DNA of 59,504 nt, filler included. It is 3 parts of 3 records of this genome, joined end to end, with 100 filler letters (N's around TTAATTAATTAA, not from the genome) between each part and the next. Parts side by side here need not be neighbours in the genome. Positions count along the whole stretch, not along the records: positions 1 to 19,076 come from SRR2962707_3230; positions 19,177 to 50,078 come from SRR2962707_3234; 1 more part is not named here. One strand, given 5' to 3'. The notes under the pieces are model-generated. The model saw nothing but the letters and a program-made list of their open reading frames with translations. It searched no databases and was not told the origin of the DNA. Below, one piece after another: positions 11,974 to 21,402 of the stretch. The number at the start of each line of letters is the position of its first letter. Within the stretch, counting starts at the first letter, position 1. A program made the position numbers and the translations under genes.

Positions 11974-12729
11974 ATGAAAATGGACCTTACCGGAAAAACC
12001 GTTCTGATCACAGGTGCAAGCCGTGGTATCGGCGCAGAGGCGGCACGTGTCTTTGCCAACGCAGGCGCGAACGTGGCGCTTGTTGCCCGCAGCGAGGATA
12101 GCATTGCAGAGCTGGCCGGAGAAATCGGCCAAAAGGCGCTGGCGATTGCCTGCGACGTGAGCCGTTATTGGGAAATGGCAAAGGCGGTTGAGGTTTGTCA
12201 GCGCGAATTTGGCGGATTGGACATTCTGATAAACAACGCCGGGGTCATTGAACCCATCAGCCACCTTGCAAGCGCTGACCCAGATAGCTGGGGGCAAGTC
12301 ATTGATATCAATTTGAAAGGCGTGTTTCACGGCATGCGCGCCGCCCTGCCCGCAATGATTGAGTCTGGTGGCGGCACCATTCTGACCATCAGTTCAGGCG
12401 CGGCCCATGGCCCCGTCGAAGCCTGGTCCCATTATTGTGCCTCTAAGGCGGCTGTGGCGATGCTGACCCGCTGCGTGGATAAAGAAAACCGGGGTGACGG
12501 CATCCGTGCCATCGGTCTCTCGCCCGGCACAGTGGCCACGCAAATGCAGCGCGAAATCAAATCGTCTGGCATCAACCCGGTCAGTCAGCTTGATTGGTCT
12601 GACCACATCCCAGCGGATTGGCCAGCAAAGGCGTTGTTGTGGATGTGCTCTGACGCCGCAGATGCGTGGCTTGGGGATGAAATCTCTCTACGCGATGACA
12701 GTATCCGACAGAAGGTAGGCTTGATTTGA
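11974..12729 (+). CDS. short-chain dehydrogenase/reductase
   Basis: TGASRGIG, NNAG and YCASK motifs. Confidence 0.93.
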   Translation: MKMDLTGKTVLITGASRGIGAEAARVFANAGANVALVARSEDSIAELAGEIGQKALAIACDVSRYWEMAKAVEVCQREFGGLDILINNAGVIEPISHLASADPDSWGQVIDINLKGVFHGMRAALPAMIESGGGTILTISSGAAHGPVEAWSHYCASKAAVAMLTRCVDKENRGDGIRAIGLSPGTVATQMQREIKSSGINPVSQLDWSDHIPADWPAKALLWMCSDAADAWLGDEISLRDDSIRQKVGLI

Positions 12730-13328
12730 TCCTGACATCCCAAGATGGCGACTTGACCGTTCTAACCCTGAACCGTCCGGACAAAGCCAATGCTTTGATG
12801 CCCGAAATGCTTGAGGCCCTTTGTGAAGCCGTTGAGGCATGCACCAGCAAAGTGCTGGTCCTGACCGGCGCCGGCAAGATTTTCTGTGCGGGCGCAGATC
12901 TTGACGCGGCCCGGGCTGGCCTTGCAACCAGCCCTTTGTGGGAACGCCTGTCCGGTGCGATTGCCCGCTTTCCTGGGTTGACAATTGCCGCGCTCAACGG
13001 GGCATTGGCAGGCGGCGCCATGGGAATGGTGCTGGCTTGCGACCTGCGGATCAGCGTGCCAAACACGAAAATCTTTTATCCTGTCATGAAACTTGGCTTC
13101 CTGCCGCAACCCTCTGACCCGAAACGCCTTCAGGCGCTAGTCGGACCTTCACGGGCGCGGATGATCCTGATGGGTGGGCAGAAAATTCTCGCCGATGAAG
13201 CCTTGGTTTGGGGCCTGATTGATCGGATTGTCGATGCCGATACCCTCATGGACGAAGCCCGGGCTTTGGCCACAGACAGTCTCGCGGCCTCGAGAGAGCA
13301 CGTTCAGGGAATTAAAGCCCTTTTTTGA
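12726..13328 (+). CDS. enoyl-CoA hydratase/isomerase family protein
   Basis: LNRPDKANAL, FCAGADL, GGAMGMVLACD; TTGA overlap with the SDR stop. Confidence 0.9.
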   Translation: MILTSQDGDLTVLTLNRPDKANALMPEMLEALCEAVEACTSKVLVLTGAGKIFCAGADLDAARAGLATSPLWERLSGAIARFPGLTIAALNGALAGGAMGMVLACDLRISVPNTKIFYPVMKLGFLPQPSDPKRLQALVGPSRARMILMGGQKILADEALVWGLIDRIVDADTLMDEARALATDSLAASREHVQGIKALF

Positions 13329-13390
13329 CCGCATTTTCTTGATAAATTGGGGCAGGCTCCGTCAGAGGGCCATCCTAGAGGAGCCCGCAT

Positions 13391-13900
13391 ATGATTTTGC
13401 GCGCATTGGCATTTGTCGGCGGTTTGTCCGGCGCGGCAGGTTTGTCGCAATTCCCTGAGTTTTCGCAACAATACCTGCAACGGCTGGGCGGCGCTGTGGA
13501 CGAGCTTTCCCGTGTTGTTGAAGCCTTTGATGCTGATGCCGCAGGTGTTGGGTTAAGCCGTGAGGCTGCGTTGGTTGACCTTGCTTCGGGCGGCACGATG
13601 GGGGCGGAACGCGCAAAGACCATGGCGACCACGATCGAACGACATCGCACCCTGACGACCGACCTCGCCGCGCTGCAAAATGCCGGTCCCTTTACACGCG
13701 CCCGACTTGCCCCGCATCTGACGGACACCGATATTGCCCAGCGCGCGTGGAAAGAATTCCGCCCTGCCCTCCCGGTGACATTTGAGGGCATCATTTTCGC
13801 CGGAACAGGATTTTTGGCAGGTCTTGGCATGTTCTCCGTAGTGTTGCGCCTTCTCAGCTGGCCGTTTCGCCGCAAAAGCGCGGCGCGTCAGCCCAGCTAA
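13391..13900 (+). CDS. DUF2937 family membrane protein
   Basis: SQFPEFSQQYLQRLGGAVDEL signature with TM segments at both ends. Confidence 0.8.
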   Translation: MILRALAFVGGLSGAAGLSQFPEFSQQYLQRLGGAVDELSRVVEAFDADAAGVGLSREAALVDLASGGTMGAERAKTMATTIERHRTLTTDLAALQNAGPFTRARLAPHLTDTDIAQRAWKEFRPALPVTFEGIIFAGTGFLAGLGMFSVVLRLLSWPFRRKSAARQPS

Positions 13901-13980
13901 ACATTGTAAACTAGACTTTCGCTTGCTTGACCCTATTGCTTGGGTCAGCCATGGTGATGATGACGAATATAGGAAAGACT

Positions 13981-15528
13981 ATGGACGGAAACTCCGAGGC
14001 TCAGCACCCAAATTGGGGCCCCTTCGGCCGCCCCTTGTTTAATGATCCAAAGGCCCGAGCCTTGTCTCGTGTCGGGGTTATCGACATTGGATCGAACTCT
14101 GTCCGTTTGGTCGTTTTTGACGGCGCGGCGCGGTCACCAGCTTATTTCTACAATGAAAAGATCATGTGTGCCCTTGGGGCTGGGATGTCAGAAACTGGCC
14201 GTTTAAATGTGTCGGGCCGCAAACGTGCCTTGGCGGCTCTCAAACGCTTTCAATACCTAGCAAATGGTATGAATTTGCCGCCTTTAAGCGCTGTGGCGAC
14301 GGCTGCGGTGCGTGAAGCCGAAGATGGTGCCGATTTCTGTGCCGATGTTGAGCGTGAAACCGGTTTGAAAATCTGGGTCATTGATGGCGAAGAAGAGGCC
14401 CGCCTATCTGCCCAAGGAGTGCTTTTGGGTTGGCCCGGTGCCTATGGGTTGATTTGCGATATCGGTGGATCTTCCATGGAGCTGGCCGAAATATCGGACG
14501 GGCTCGTTGGAAAGCGCGTCACGTCAAACCTTGGACCGCTCAAATTACTTGATCTTCCAGGGGGCGCTAAGGGCCGTCGTGAACATATCAAAACCGTGAT
14601 TGAGGGCTTGTCCGAACGTATGGGTCCACAGCAAGATCGCCTGTTTCTGGTTGGTGGTTCGTGGCGTGCGATTGCGCGTATCGATATGGAACGCCGCGGA
14701 TACCCTTTGCACGTCCTCCACGAATACCGGATGTCCGTAAAGTCCGTTCATGAAACGGTCAAATTCATCGAAGAAACCACGGATGTCGACGCCTTGCGCA
14801 GCGCTTGCGGAATCTCTCAGGCGCGGATGTCATTGGTGCCCTTAGCGTCAGAGGTGCTTAAACGGCTTGTCCGAACCTTCCGTCCCAAAGACATTGCGAT
14901 CTCAAGTTACGGCATTCGCGAAGGGTTGTTGTATGAGCAAATGCCTCAGGATTTGCGCGACCGCGACCCCCTGATCGAAGCCTGCCGTTTTGCCGAAGCC
15001 AAAGACGCCCGATTACCGGGGTTTGGGGCAACGTTATATGGGTTCGTGCAGCCATTGTTCCGCAACGCCAATCACGACAAAATGCGCCTCGTTAAAGCCG
15101 CGTGCCTGTTACATGACGTCAGCTGGCGCGCCCATCCTGATTTCCGCGCCGAAACCTGTTTCGACAATTCAACCCGCGCCAATCTTGGGGGTCTGCGACA
15201 TTCAGAGAGGGTTTTTCTGGGACTTGCTTTGTTGCATCGCTATCGCAACAAACGTGAAGGCACACGATTTGAAAATCTTTATGATCTCATTGACGAGAAA
15301 TCCAAGTTAGAGGCCGAAGTGCTGGGCAAAGTGATGCGTTTTGGCTCGATGCTTTGGATGACGAATACAACTCAATATGGCGCATCGTTGAACTGGGCGC
15401 CCAAGAAACGCCGTCTGACGCTCCGACTGGATGAAAACGCCGCTCCGTTGTTTGGCGAAGTGGCCGAAGCGCGGTTTCAGTCTTTGGCGCGGTCGTTGCA
15501 GGCCGAAACGGAAGTCAAATATATCTGA
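13981..15528 (+). CDS. ppx: Ppx/GppA exopolyphosphatase
   Basis: IDIGSNSVRL, ATAAVREA, DIGGSSMEL, GIREG, LLHDVSW; RBS before ATG 13981. Confidence 0.93.
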   Translation: MDGNSEAQHPNWGPFGRPLFNDPKARALSRVGVIDIGSNSVRLVVFDGAARSPAYFYNEKIMCALGAGMSETGRLNVSGRKRALAALKRFQYLANGMNLPPLSAVATAAVREAEDGADFCADVERETGLKIWVIDGEEEARLSAQGVLLGWPGAYGLICDIGGSSMELAEISDGLVGKRVTSNLGPLKLLDLPGGAKGRREHIKTVIEGLSERMGPQQDRLFLVGGSWRAIARIDMERRGYPLHVLHEYRMSVKSVHETVKFIEETTDVDALRSACGISQARMSLVPLASEVLKRLVRTFRPKDIAISSYGIREGLLYEQMPQDLRDRDPLIEACRFAEAKDARLPGFGATLYGFVQPLFRNANHDKMRLVKAACLLHDVSWRAHPDFRAETCFDNSTRANLGGLRHSERVFLGLALLHRYRNKREGTRFENLYDLIDEKSKLEAEVLGKVMRFGSMLWMTNTTQYGASLNWAPKKRRLTLRLDENAAPLFGEVAEARFQSLARSLQAETEVKYI

Positions 15529-15565
15529 TGCCCTTAGGGGGTCAATCGCAACATTCTGACGCCGA

Positions 15566-15937
15566 TCAAAGCTCAATCTCACCCAATGGTTCTATGGCCT
15601 TTGGGGCAATCTCTTGAGGAATCTTGCGCCGCATGATGATGTCCCCGTTAGGTAAAATTTCCGGCGCTTCATAGACGGACCAATCCTCGACCTCTTTGAG
15701 GATGTCCCCCAGAGCAGGCCCGACTTGTTGAGCGAAGTTGCGCAAAGCAGGCTCCATGCCATCCGCCAAGTCTTGCATATCGTCCAGCGCTGGCTCCAAT
15801 TCCTGAAGCAAACCCTTGAAAAAGAGCTGTGCCCCCTTCTCGACAAGGCTAAATCCCTCTTCCTCCTCTTGAGCGGCGGCAAAGCTGGGAGCGGTCGCAA
15901 GAACACAGGCAACCAAGAAAGCGGATATATGTTTCAT
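15566..15937 (-). CDS. conserved exported hypothetical protein
   Basis: Signal peptide; YEAPEILPNGDIIMRRK motif familiar from Rhodobacteraceae proteins. Confidence 0.65.
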   Translation of the reverse strand: MKHISAFLVACVLATAPSFAAAQEEEEGFSLVEKGAQLFFKGLLQELEPALDDMQDLADGMEPALRNFAQQVGPALGDILKEVEDWSVYEAPEILPNGDIIMRRKIPQEIAPKAIEPLGEIEL

Positions 15938-15978
15938 AACAGTCTATCTAGGGCGTGATGCCCCCTCCGTTAAGTGGC

Positions 15979-17001
15979 TTAAAGATCAATATCCAATGTC
16001 ACTGGGAAATGATCAGACGCCGCCAGCAAGGCTTCGCGCAATTCCGGCGTTTTCCAACAAAGCGGATCGTCGAACGGATGCCAAATCCGCCAAGTCGGTG
16101 TCTTGGCGGCCAAATCCCGAGACACCATGATATAGTCAAGCAATGCCTGCAAAAACCGCTTTTCGTGATTGAGGTAAAAACGCGCTGTGGTTGGAATGGC
16201 CCGTAGCCGTGAGGTCAAGGCGCGCGCCGCGTGTGGATCAAAAAGCGCCGCGTCGCCATCGTGCATCAGAATTTCGACCGAAGACCGTCCGAAAAGGTTT
16301 TCGTATTCATCCAAACCCGGTCCGTCATTCAAATCACCCAAAAGGACGACGCTTTCGCCAGCCTCAAGATGGTCAGTAATCCGGGCCCGCAACCAAATCG
16401 CCTGCGCCAACTGCTTGCGTCGATTGGCAATCGACAAGCGCATTACCTCATCCCGGTTTGTGGCGCCATGTGGGGCTTTGGATTTCAGATGCGCTCCTAT
16501 CAACCGCAAGACTTTGCCGGCATTGGTTGTAACGGCCAGCTCCAGTGGTGGTTTAGAGAAGACAACTTTGTCTTCGGTCGCATCGATGTCCAGATCAATG
16601 CGGAACGTTCCATCAAACCGAGGGGCACCGTAGCGGCCCTTTTTTCCTGTTTCGTCGCCCTTTGGATCGTGAACAGCCTCCATGACGAACGGGTCATATA
16701 ACAGCACGATCTCTTGTTGGGTGTCGTTGGCAAAGCCCATGACCGCCTTGCGCGCCCTGAGATCAAAGGTTTCTGCAAAGCGTTCCAATGCAACAACGGC
16801 GTTGCGATGCCCGTTGCTGTCTGGAGCTTCGATAATCATGATGGCATCTGCATCCAGTGCAGAAAAGACGATACCCAAGGCTTCGATCTGTTGAAGACGG
16901 GTCACATTATACCGGGCGGACCAGCCGCCATCCGGCTGCAAATGGTCATCGTCATCAAATAAACTGTTGAACCATTCCACGTTATACGTGGCAAAGCGCA
17001 T
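15979..17001 (-). CDS. endonuclease/exonuclease/phosphatase family protein
   Basis: ATYNVEW, HLKSK, GDLND, LDYI and SDHFPV motifs. Confidence 0.92.
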   Translation of the reverse strand: MRFATYNVEWFNSLFDDDDHLQPDGGWSARYNVTRLQQIEALGIVFSALDADAIMIIEAPDSNGHRNAVVALERFAETFDLRARKAVMGFANDTQQEIVLLYDPFVMEAVHDPKGDETGKKGRYGAPRFDGTFRIDLDIDATEDKVVFSKPPLELAVTTNAGKVLRLIGAHLKSKAPHGATNRDEVMRLSIANRRKQLAQAIWLRARITDHLEAGESVVLLGDLNDGPGLDEYENLFGRSSVEILMHDGDAALFDPHAARALTSRLRAIPTTARFYLNHEKRFLQALLDYIMVSRDLAAKTPTWRIWHPFDDPLCWKTPELREALLAASDHFPVTLDIDL

Positions 17002-17684
17002 CAGGCCGCCTCGCGGGTGGAAATTTCTTCCCAGGCTTTGTTGATGTCAATTAGGCGTCGTTCGCTCAATTTGACCGCCTCTTCAGGGACACCACGCGCG
17101 AACATCACATCAGGGTGGCTTTCACGGACCAACTGACGCCACACTTTGCGGATTTCTGTCAAAGGCATATCCGGAGTGACACCCAGAACCGAATAGGGGT
17201 CGGGCTCCGCATCTGGGACAAAGCGCATCCGCAAGCCTTTGAATTCTGAGGACGGAATCCCGAAAATCTCAGACACCCGCTGCAGAAAGGCGTCTTCCGC
17301 AGGGTGGTAGGTGCCATCGGCCATTGCGATATGGAACAGCCCATCCATCAAGTCACAATATGTACCGCTTTGCTCTCCGAACATGCTTTTGATCCGAAAG
17401 GCGTATTCCTCAAAACCAGCCACATCTTGACGTGCCATGTTAAAAACCCGTGCCGCACCGGCCTCATCTTCTTTGGCGATTCGAAACACTTCCCGGAAGG
17501 CCGTCACCTCGTCCCGAGTGACAAGCCCATCTGCCTTGGCCATCTTCGCGGACAAAGCAATAACCGCAATGGTAAAGGCCACAGTGCGCTCTGGCGGCGT
17601 GCGCAGCTTCTCAAATACCGCAGACAGGCCTTCGCCTTGTGCAAGGGCTGATACAGCCTGAGAGATCCGTGCCCAAATTGACAT
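17001..17684 (-). CDS. djlA: DjlA-like co-chaperone (TerB + J domain)
   Basis: AKMAKADG TerB motif; DPYSVLGV...HPD J-domain; likely start MSIWARIS at 17684. Confidence 0.88.
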   Translation of the reverse strand: MSIWARISQAVSALAQGEGLSAVFEKLRTPPERTVAFTIAVIALSAKMAKADGLVTRDEVTAFREVFRIAKEDEAGAARVFNMARQDVAGFEEYAFRIKSMFGEQSGTYCDLMDGLFHIAMADGTYHPAEDAFLQRVSEIFGIPSSEFKGLRMRFVPDAEPDPYSVLGVTPDMPLTEIRKVWRQLVRESHPDVMFARGVPEEAVKLSERRLIDINKAWEEISTREAA

Positions 17685-17716
17685 GCGCCTATGTTTAGTA
17701 GACCGGCGCTCTCTTG

Positions 17717-18208
17717 TCAGGGCGTTTTCGTAAGAATTTTCTGCAACAGGATCAGATCCATCCAACGGTCAAATTTATAGCCAACTTCCGGTAATACGGC
17801 AACATTCTGAAAACCGATTGCCTCGTGAAAGGCCACCCCGGCTGGATTCTCACTACTAACCCCGGCCCACAGCCCATGAACACCCGCGGCCCGTGCATGG
17901 TCCTCTAGAGCCGACATCAACGCCCGCCCGCCCCCGCGTCCCCGCGCCTCAGGTACTAAGATCACAGAATGCTCCATCGTCCGGGCATAGCCTGGCCCGC
18001 CACGAAACTGAAAATAGGTCGCAAAACCCAAAAGCGCGCCCTCGTCTTCGGCGACAAAGAAGGCCCCCTGCCGCGCCAGTATATCAGCTTGAAGCCCGTC
18101 TTCGGTCTTGAGCGCCGTCGTGAAGGTCGCCGCTGTGTCCCGGATCACCGGATTCCAAATGGATGCGATTTCTGCGCCATCCGCTGTTCCCGCCGGTCTT
18201 ATCTTCAT
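17717..18208 (-). CDS. GNAT N-acetyltransferase (YncA/Pat-like)
   Basis: ARGRGGG acetyl-CoA motif, FHEAIGF, VGYKFDRWMD. Confidence 0.88.
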   Translation of the reverse strand: MKIRPAGTADGAEIASIWNPVIRDTAATFTTALKTEDGLQADILARQGAFFVAEDEGALLGFATYFQFRGGPGYARTMEHSVILVPEARGRGGGRALMSALEDHARAAGVHGLWAGVSSENPAGVAFHEAIGFQNVAVLPEVGYKFDRWMDLILLQKILTKTP

Positions 18209-18825
18209 TGCAATTGCTTTGTGCCCGTCGGTGTTTTGATTTCAGCCATCAAACCCGGAACCTCAGCCTGAATAAAACGAACCTTTGGCGCGGCTAAAAA
18301 CGGTGCAAGTAACATTTCCAAAACGTCTGCTTCAGGGTGGAGAACATCGAGCCGCATTAAGGAAAACCCCTGTGACGTCAACGTCATACCGGGCATTGTC
18401 GCCCCATGCCACTGGATCAGAGCTGGGAACACGCCACCAAACGGCAACAGACCAGTTTCCGGGACAGCCATTGTCCAACGCAGCGCATCGCGTTGCAATT
18501 CGATTGGCTTGCCCGCCATAGGCAAAGCTGCAAGGGCCGCCTCCATATCCGTGACACGACAGACCCATTTGTCCAACCGGGCCGGGCCTTCGAAACCATC
18601 CAACCCGAACCATCGCGGAAAAACCGGCGCCGGAAGAGAGGGATCAATTGAAATCGCTTCAAGATACTGGCCCTGCCCGAGCCCCATCAACCGGTTATGG
18701 GTGCCAAAGGTGAGGTGCCGCCCGCCGGGTTGCAAAACCGATCCTAACGCCTGTTCAGTGTGAACCGCAGCTTCCTCAAGCGTCTCACCTGCGACAACCA
18801 AATGGTCCAACTCCATCATCGCCAC
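18205..18825 (-). CDS. VOC / glyoxalase-like family protein
   Basis: LDHLVV, GGRHLTFGTHNRL, YLEAI, PALIQW. Confidence 0.85.
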   Translation of the reverse strand: MAMMELDHLVVAGETLEEAAVHTEQALGSVLQPGGRHLTFGTHNRLMGLGQGQYLEAISIDPSLPAPVFPRWFGLDGFEGPARLDKWVCRVTDMEAALAALPMAGKPIELQRDALRWTMAVPETGLLPFGGVFPALIQWHGATMPGMTLTSQGFSLMRLDVLHPEADVLEMLLAPFLAAPKVRFIQAEVPGLMAEIKTPTGTKQLQ

Positions 18826-19047
18826 GTCCCCTAAGTTCCTGATTCCAGAGTACGCCGCAAAATTTTTGCGTCAACGATCAGATTGCACCACGAGTACAAT
18901 CAGGTGCCCTTTGGCCTCTCAATCATTTTGATCAGCCCGTAATTTGTTGGTCGCTGGCATGGAGGCCGGTCACAGTTCCGGACGTTTCTCAAAGGATCAT
19001 CATCGGCTGAACTGTCAGCAAGTCTTACATCACAATCTTAGGAAGAA

Positions 19048-19076
19048 TGGTACCACCTCCTGGTCTCGAACCAGGG
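19048..19076 (-). tRNA. 3' fragment of a tRNA, probably tRNA-His (cut by the contig end; could be an att-site copy)
   Basis: Minus strand reads C-CCTGG-TTCGAGA-CCAGG-AGGTGGT-A-CCA = T arm, acceptor 3' strand and CCA. It resembles alphaproteobacterial tRNA-His with an A73 discriminator; the anticodon is not visible. Confidence 0.7.
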
Positions 19077-19176
19077 NNNNNNNNNNNNNNNNNNNNNNNN
19101 NNNNNNNNNNNNNNNNNNNNTTAATTAATTAANNNNNNNNNNNNNNNNNNNNNNNNNNNNNNNNNNNNNNNNNNNN
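19077..19176. other. artificial contig spacer
   Basis: N44-TTAATTAATTAA-N44, stop codons in all six frames. Confidence 0.98.
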
Positions 19177-19397
19177 AATGACTTTATTGACACTGCCAGC
19201 CATGGGGTATCTTCCAAAGTTTGTGTTTGTCCATTGCCCTGTTAGCGCAGGGCCAGTGAGGTGTCAGCGCGCAAACCGTGCGCTCTAATGACGTTACTTC
19301 ATGCATTCTGGGAAAAGGAAAACATAATAAAATATGCTTTGCAAGAAATCTTGTGGTTTGCGATTATGGCGCTTCTCTCTTTTGAAAGGAAGCGATC

Positions 19398-20177
19398 ATG
19401 GCTTTGAGCGCTGCATGTTCCGCAATGCGCACCCAGGAGGAAGCAGTCGAGAATGCCCTCTCACTCGGCATTCTTGTTCCACGGACAATCCCCTTATTGT
19501 CGGCCCTCGCGGTGACAGACTGCCGTTATACCCATTGCGATGATAGTCATGACTGGTTTTGTGATCTTCGTACCGACACCTTTTTTTCAGTGCCTTTCTT
19601 GGCGCCAGATCGCCATCGCCACTTGTTGCGTGAGTTCGACCGCACTGCGGCTGTACTTGCGGCCAAAACGCGATGGAACGGACTGTGTCGGGTTTCAGTA
19701 GCCCAGCATGGTGTCATGCATGCACGCAAGGCAGCACAGCCATCCAAGCCCTACGGTCTTACACACGATAATGAAGAGGCCGATGTCGGGGATATGATCA
19801 CGCCTCTTAAGCGCGAGATGCGTCGCCTGGACGTATGGGACACCATAGAGCACAACATCATTCTCCCCATGCGTGAACGTCAAGCCCGAATGGCAGGGCT
19901 TCAATGGCCCTGGCCGGCCGACGTTCAGGCCGAGGTTGAGACGATTGACGAGAGACTGAAAGCAACAGAGGCACGCGATCAGGTTGACGTCTCATTGCTT
20001 GATATTCCGTTTCGCGGGTGGGCCGAACCCTACAGTGAACATCTGGACGTCTGGTCGGAAACTGAGGCGCGGGCAGCCTTCATTTCAGCCTGTGTCGAGC
20101 TTCTTCCGTCTCTGCAAGGGGCCGCCATGGGTGATTGTGACGCCATCTGCAACGGTTCAAGCCGGGCCATCGCCTAA
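19398..20177 (+). CDS. HD-domain phosphohydrolase (YfdR/YfbR-like deoxynucleotidase)
   Basis: RWNG..SVAQH...LTHDNEEADVGDMITPLK...IDERLKATEARD gives the H..HD..D metal ligands; start uncertain. Confidence 0.75.
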   Translation: MALSAACSAMRTQEEAVENALSLGILVPRTIPLLSALAVTDCRYTHCDDSHDWFCDLRTDTFFSVPFLAPDRHRHLLREFDRTAAVLAAKTRWNGLCRVSVAQHGVMHARKAAQPSKPYGLTHDNEEADVGDMITPLKREMRRLDVWDTIEHNIILPMRERQARMAGLQWPWPADVQAEVETIDERLKATEARDQVDVSLLDIPFRGWAEPYSEHLDVWSETEARAAFISACVELLPSLQGAAMGDCDAICNGSSRAIA

Positions 20178-20239
20178 GACAGCCCGTGGCCATCCAAGGC
20201 GGAACTCACAAACTTGATTGAATAGATGGAGACCACAAC

Positions 20240-20893
20240 ATGTCGGGTTGGTACTGGAGAGATCTCACACCTTTATCCTACGGGGTAATCATGATGGATT
20301 TCCCATGGCGTTTTGATACCTACAGCGAAAAGGGGCAGGGCCGATCGCCAAACTACGACAAAATGACGATCGAAGAAATCTACGACTTGCCGGTGGGTGA
20401 TCTCGCATCCAAGGATTGTGCGCTTTTCATGTGGTTCACTTCGACCATGGTCGGTGAGGTGCCATCAATTATGAAGCACTGGGGGTTCAAGTTCTCCGGA
20501 AAGGCGTTTTGTTGGGCAAAACAGACCAAGCAGGGGGTGCGTAAACCAGTCCCCTCTATCTCCGACGATTACAATTGGCGCATGAATATGGGGTACACGA
20601 CCAGGGCCAACACCGAAGATTGCTGGCTTGGTTTTACGGGTTCTCCCAAACGTCTTAGCGCCAGCGTACGAGAGCTTATTGTCTCCCCGCTGTATGAAAA
20701 CTCTTCAAAACCTGACGAAGCATACGCACGCGCCGAACGTCTTTACAGCGGCCCATATGCAGACGTTTTCTCGCGACGCAATCGTCCGGGATGGGACGTC
20801 TTTGGGGATCAGGTTGGAAGTCTTGATGGATCGCCGCGACTGGAATCTGGTTCGCCATCATTTACGCCCGTAACGGCACGAGTAGAAAGATAA
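20240..20893 (+). CDS. MT-A70 family adenine methyltransferase (divergent motifs)
   Basis: IMMDFPW, LPVGDLASKDCALFMW, WGF, MGYTTRANTE, SKPDE, RPGWD. Confidence 0.85.
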   Translation: MSGWYWRDLTPLSYGVIMMDFPWRFDTYSEKGQGRSPNYDKMTIEEIYDLPVGDLASKDCALFMWFTSTMVGEVPSIMKHWGFKFSGKAFCWAKQTKQGVRKPVPSISDDYNWRMNMGYTTRANTEDCWLGFTGSPKRLSASVRELIVSPLYENSSKPDEAYARAERLYSGPYADVFSRRNRPGWDVFGDQVGSLDGSPRLESGSPSFTPVTARVER

Positions 20894-20944
20894 TGAGATC
20901 AGATGGGTTAAAGGGTAAAGGTTGCTGGGTAAATAATCATTTAA

Positions 20945-20985
20945 TATCAACTAGTTGGAGAGTCATAATCTATGTTATGACAAAA
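20945..20985. other. dif-like XerC/D site (20958-20985) with adjacent IHF consensus (20945-20957)
   Basis: GAGAGTCATAA-TCTATG-TTATGACAAAA (11-6-11, inner CATAA/TTATG); TATCAACTAGTTG fits WATCAANNNNTTR. Confidence 0.7.
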
Positions 20986-21402
20986 GTGAAATTCTTAATA
21001 CGTTATCAAAAACCAATAATGTAGACTTTCGACCGGGTCAACCTGATAGATTGATCCTTTCACGCCAGCCCTTTATTTCCTTCCTGATGAAGTCCAGACG
21101 TTTGCCCTTCCCCTGTATCCCTGCACGAAGTTCCTCGGTTTGACTTCGCTGCTGCATCAGGATCTCTTTTTTCTCGTTGGTCATGCACCCAAGTTCTCGT
21201 TCTGTCGGGATGTCCTGTCGCGGCAAGGTCTTGAACTTTTCCTCCATGTTGGCAAGAGCAACGATTCTCTCCTTCTTCCTGAGTAAGGGCAGCTATGGCA
21301 TATTCTGCGTCTATGATTTCGATACTCGATCATGCTCCACCTCCGCGACCCTTCGCTTTTTCTCAACAGGCACCTATCAGCTTCACACCGAACTTCGGTC
21401 AG

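Noticed and set aside
2475-15528. ppk1, PiT, Nudix and ppx as a novel phosphate island
   Set aside because: Interspersed with core genes (hdaA, proS) in an arrangement that looks ordinary for Rhodobacteraceae.
19077-19176. TTAATTAATTAA palindrome flanked by Ns (again at 50079-50178)
   Set aside because: Artificial contig linker; ORFs running into it and any synteny across it are artefacts.
19236-19284. Two small hairpins upstream of the HD gene, one with loop TTAGCG resembling the ssoA CS-6 motif
   Set aside because: Stems are only 6-7 bp and the motif match is imperfect; not distinguishable from chance.
21038-21366. Short overlapping minus-strand ORFs
   Set aside because: In-frame stops upstream and no recognisable motif; possibly a decayed gene but unsupported.
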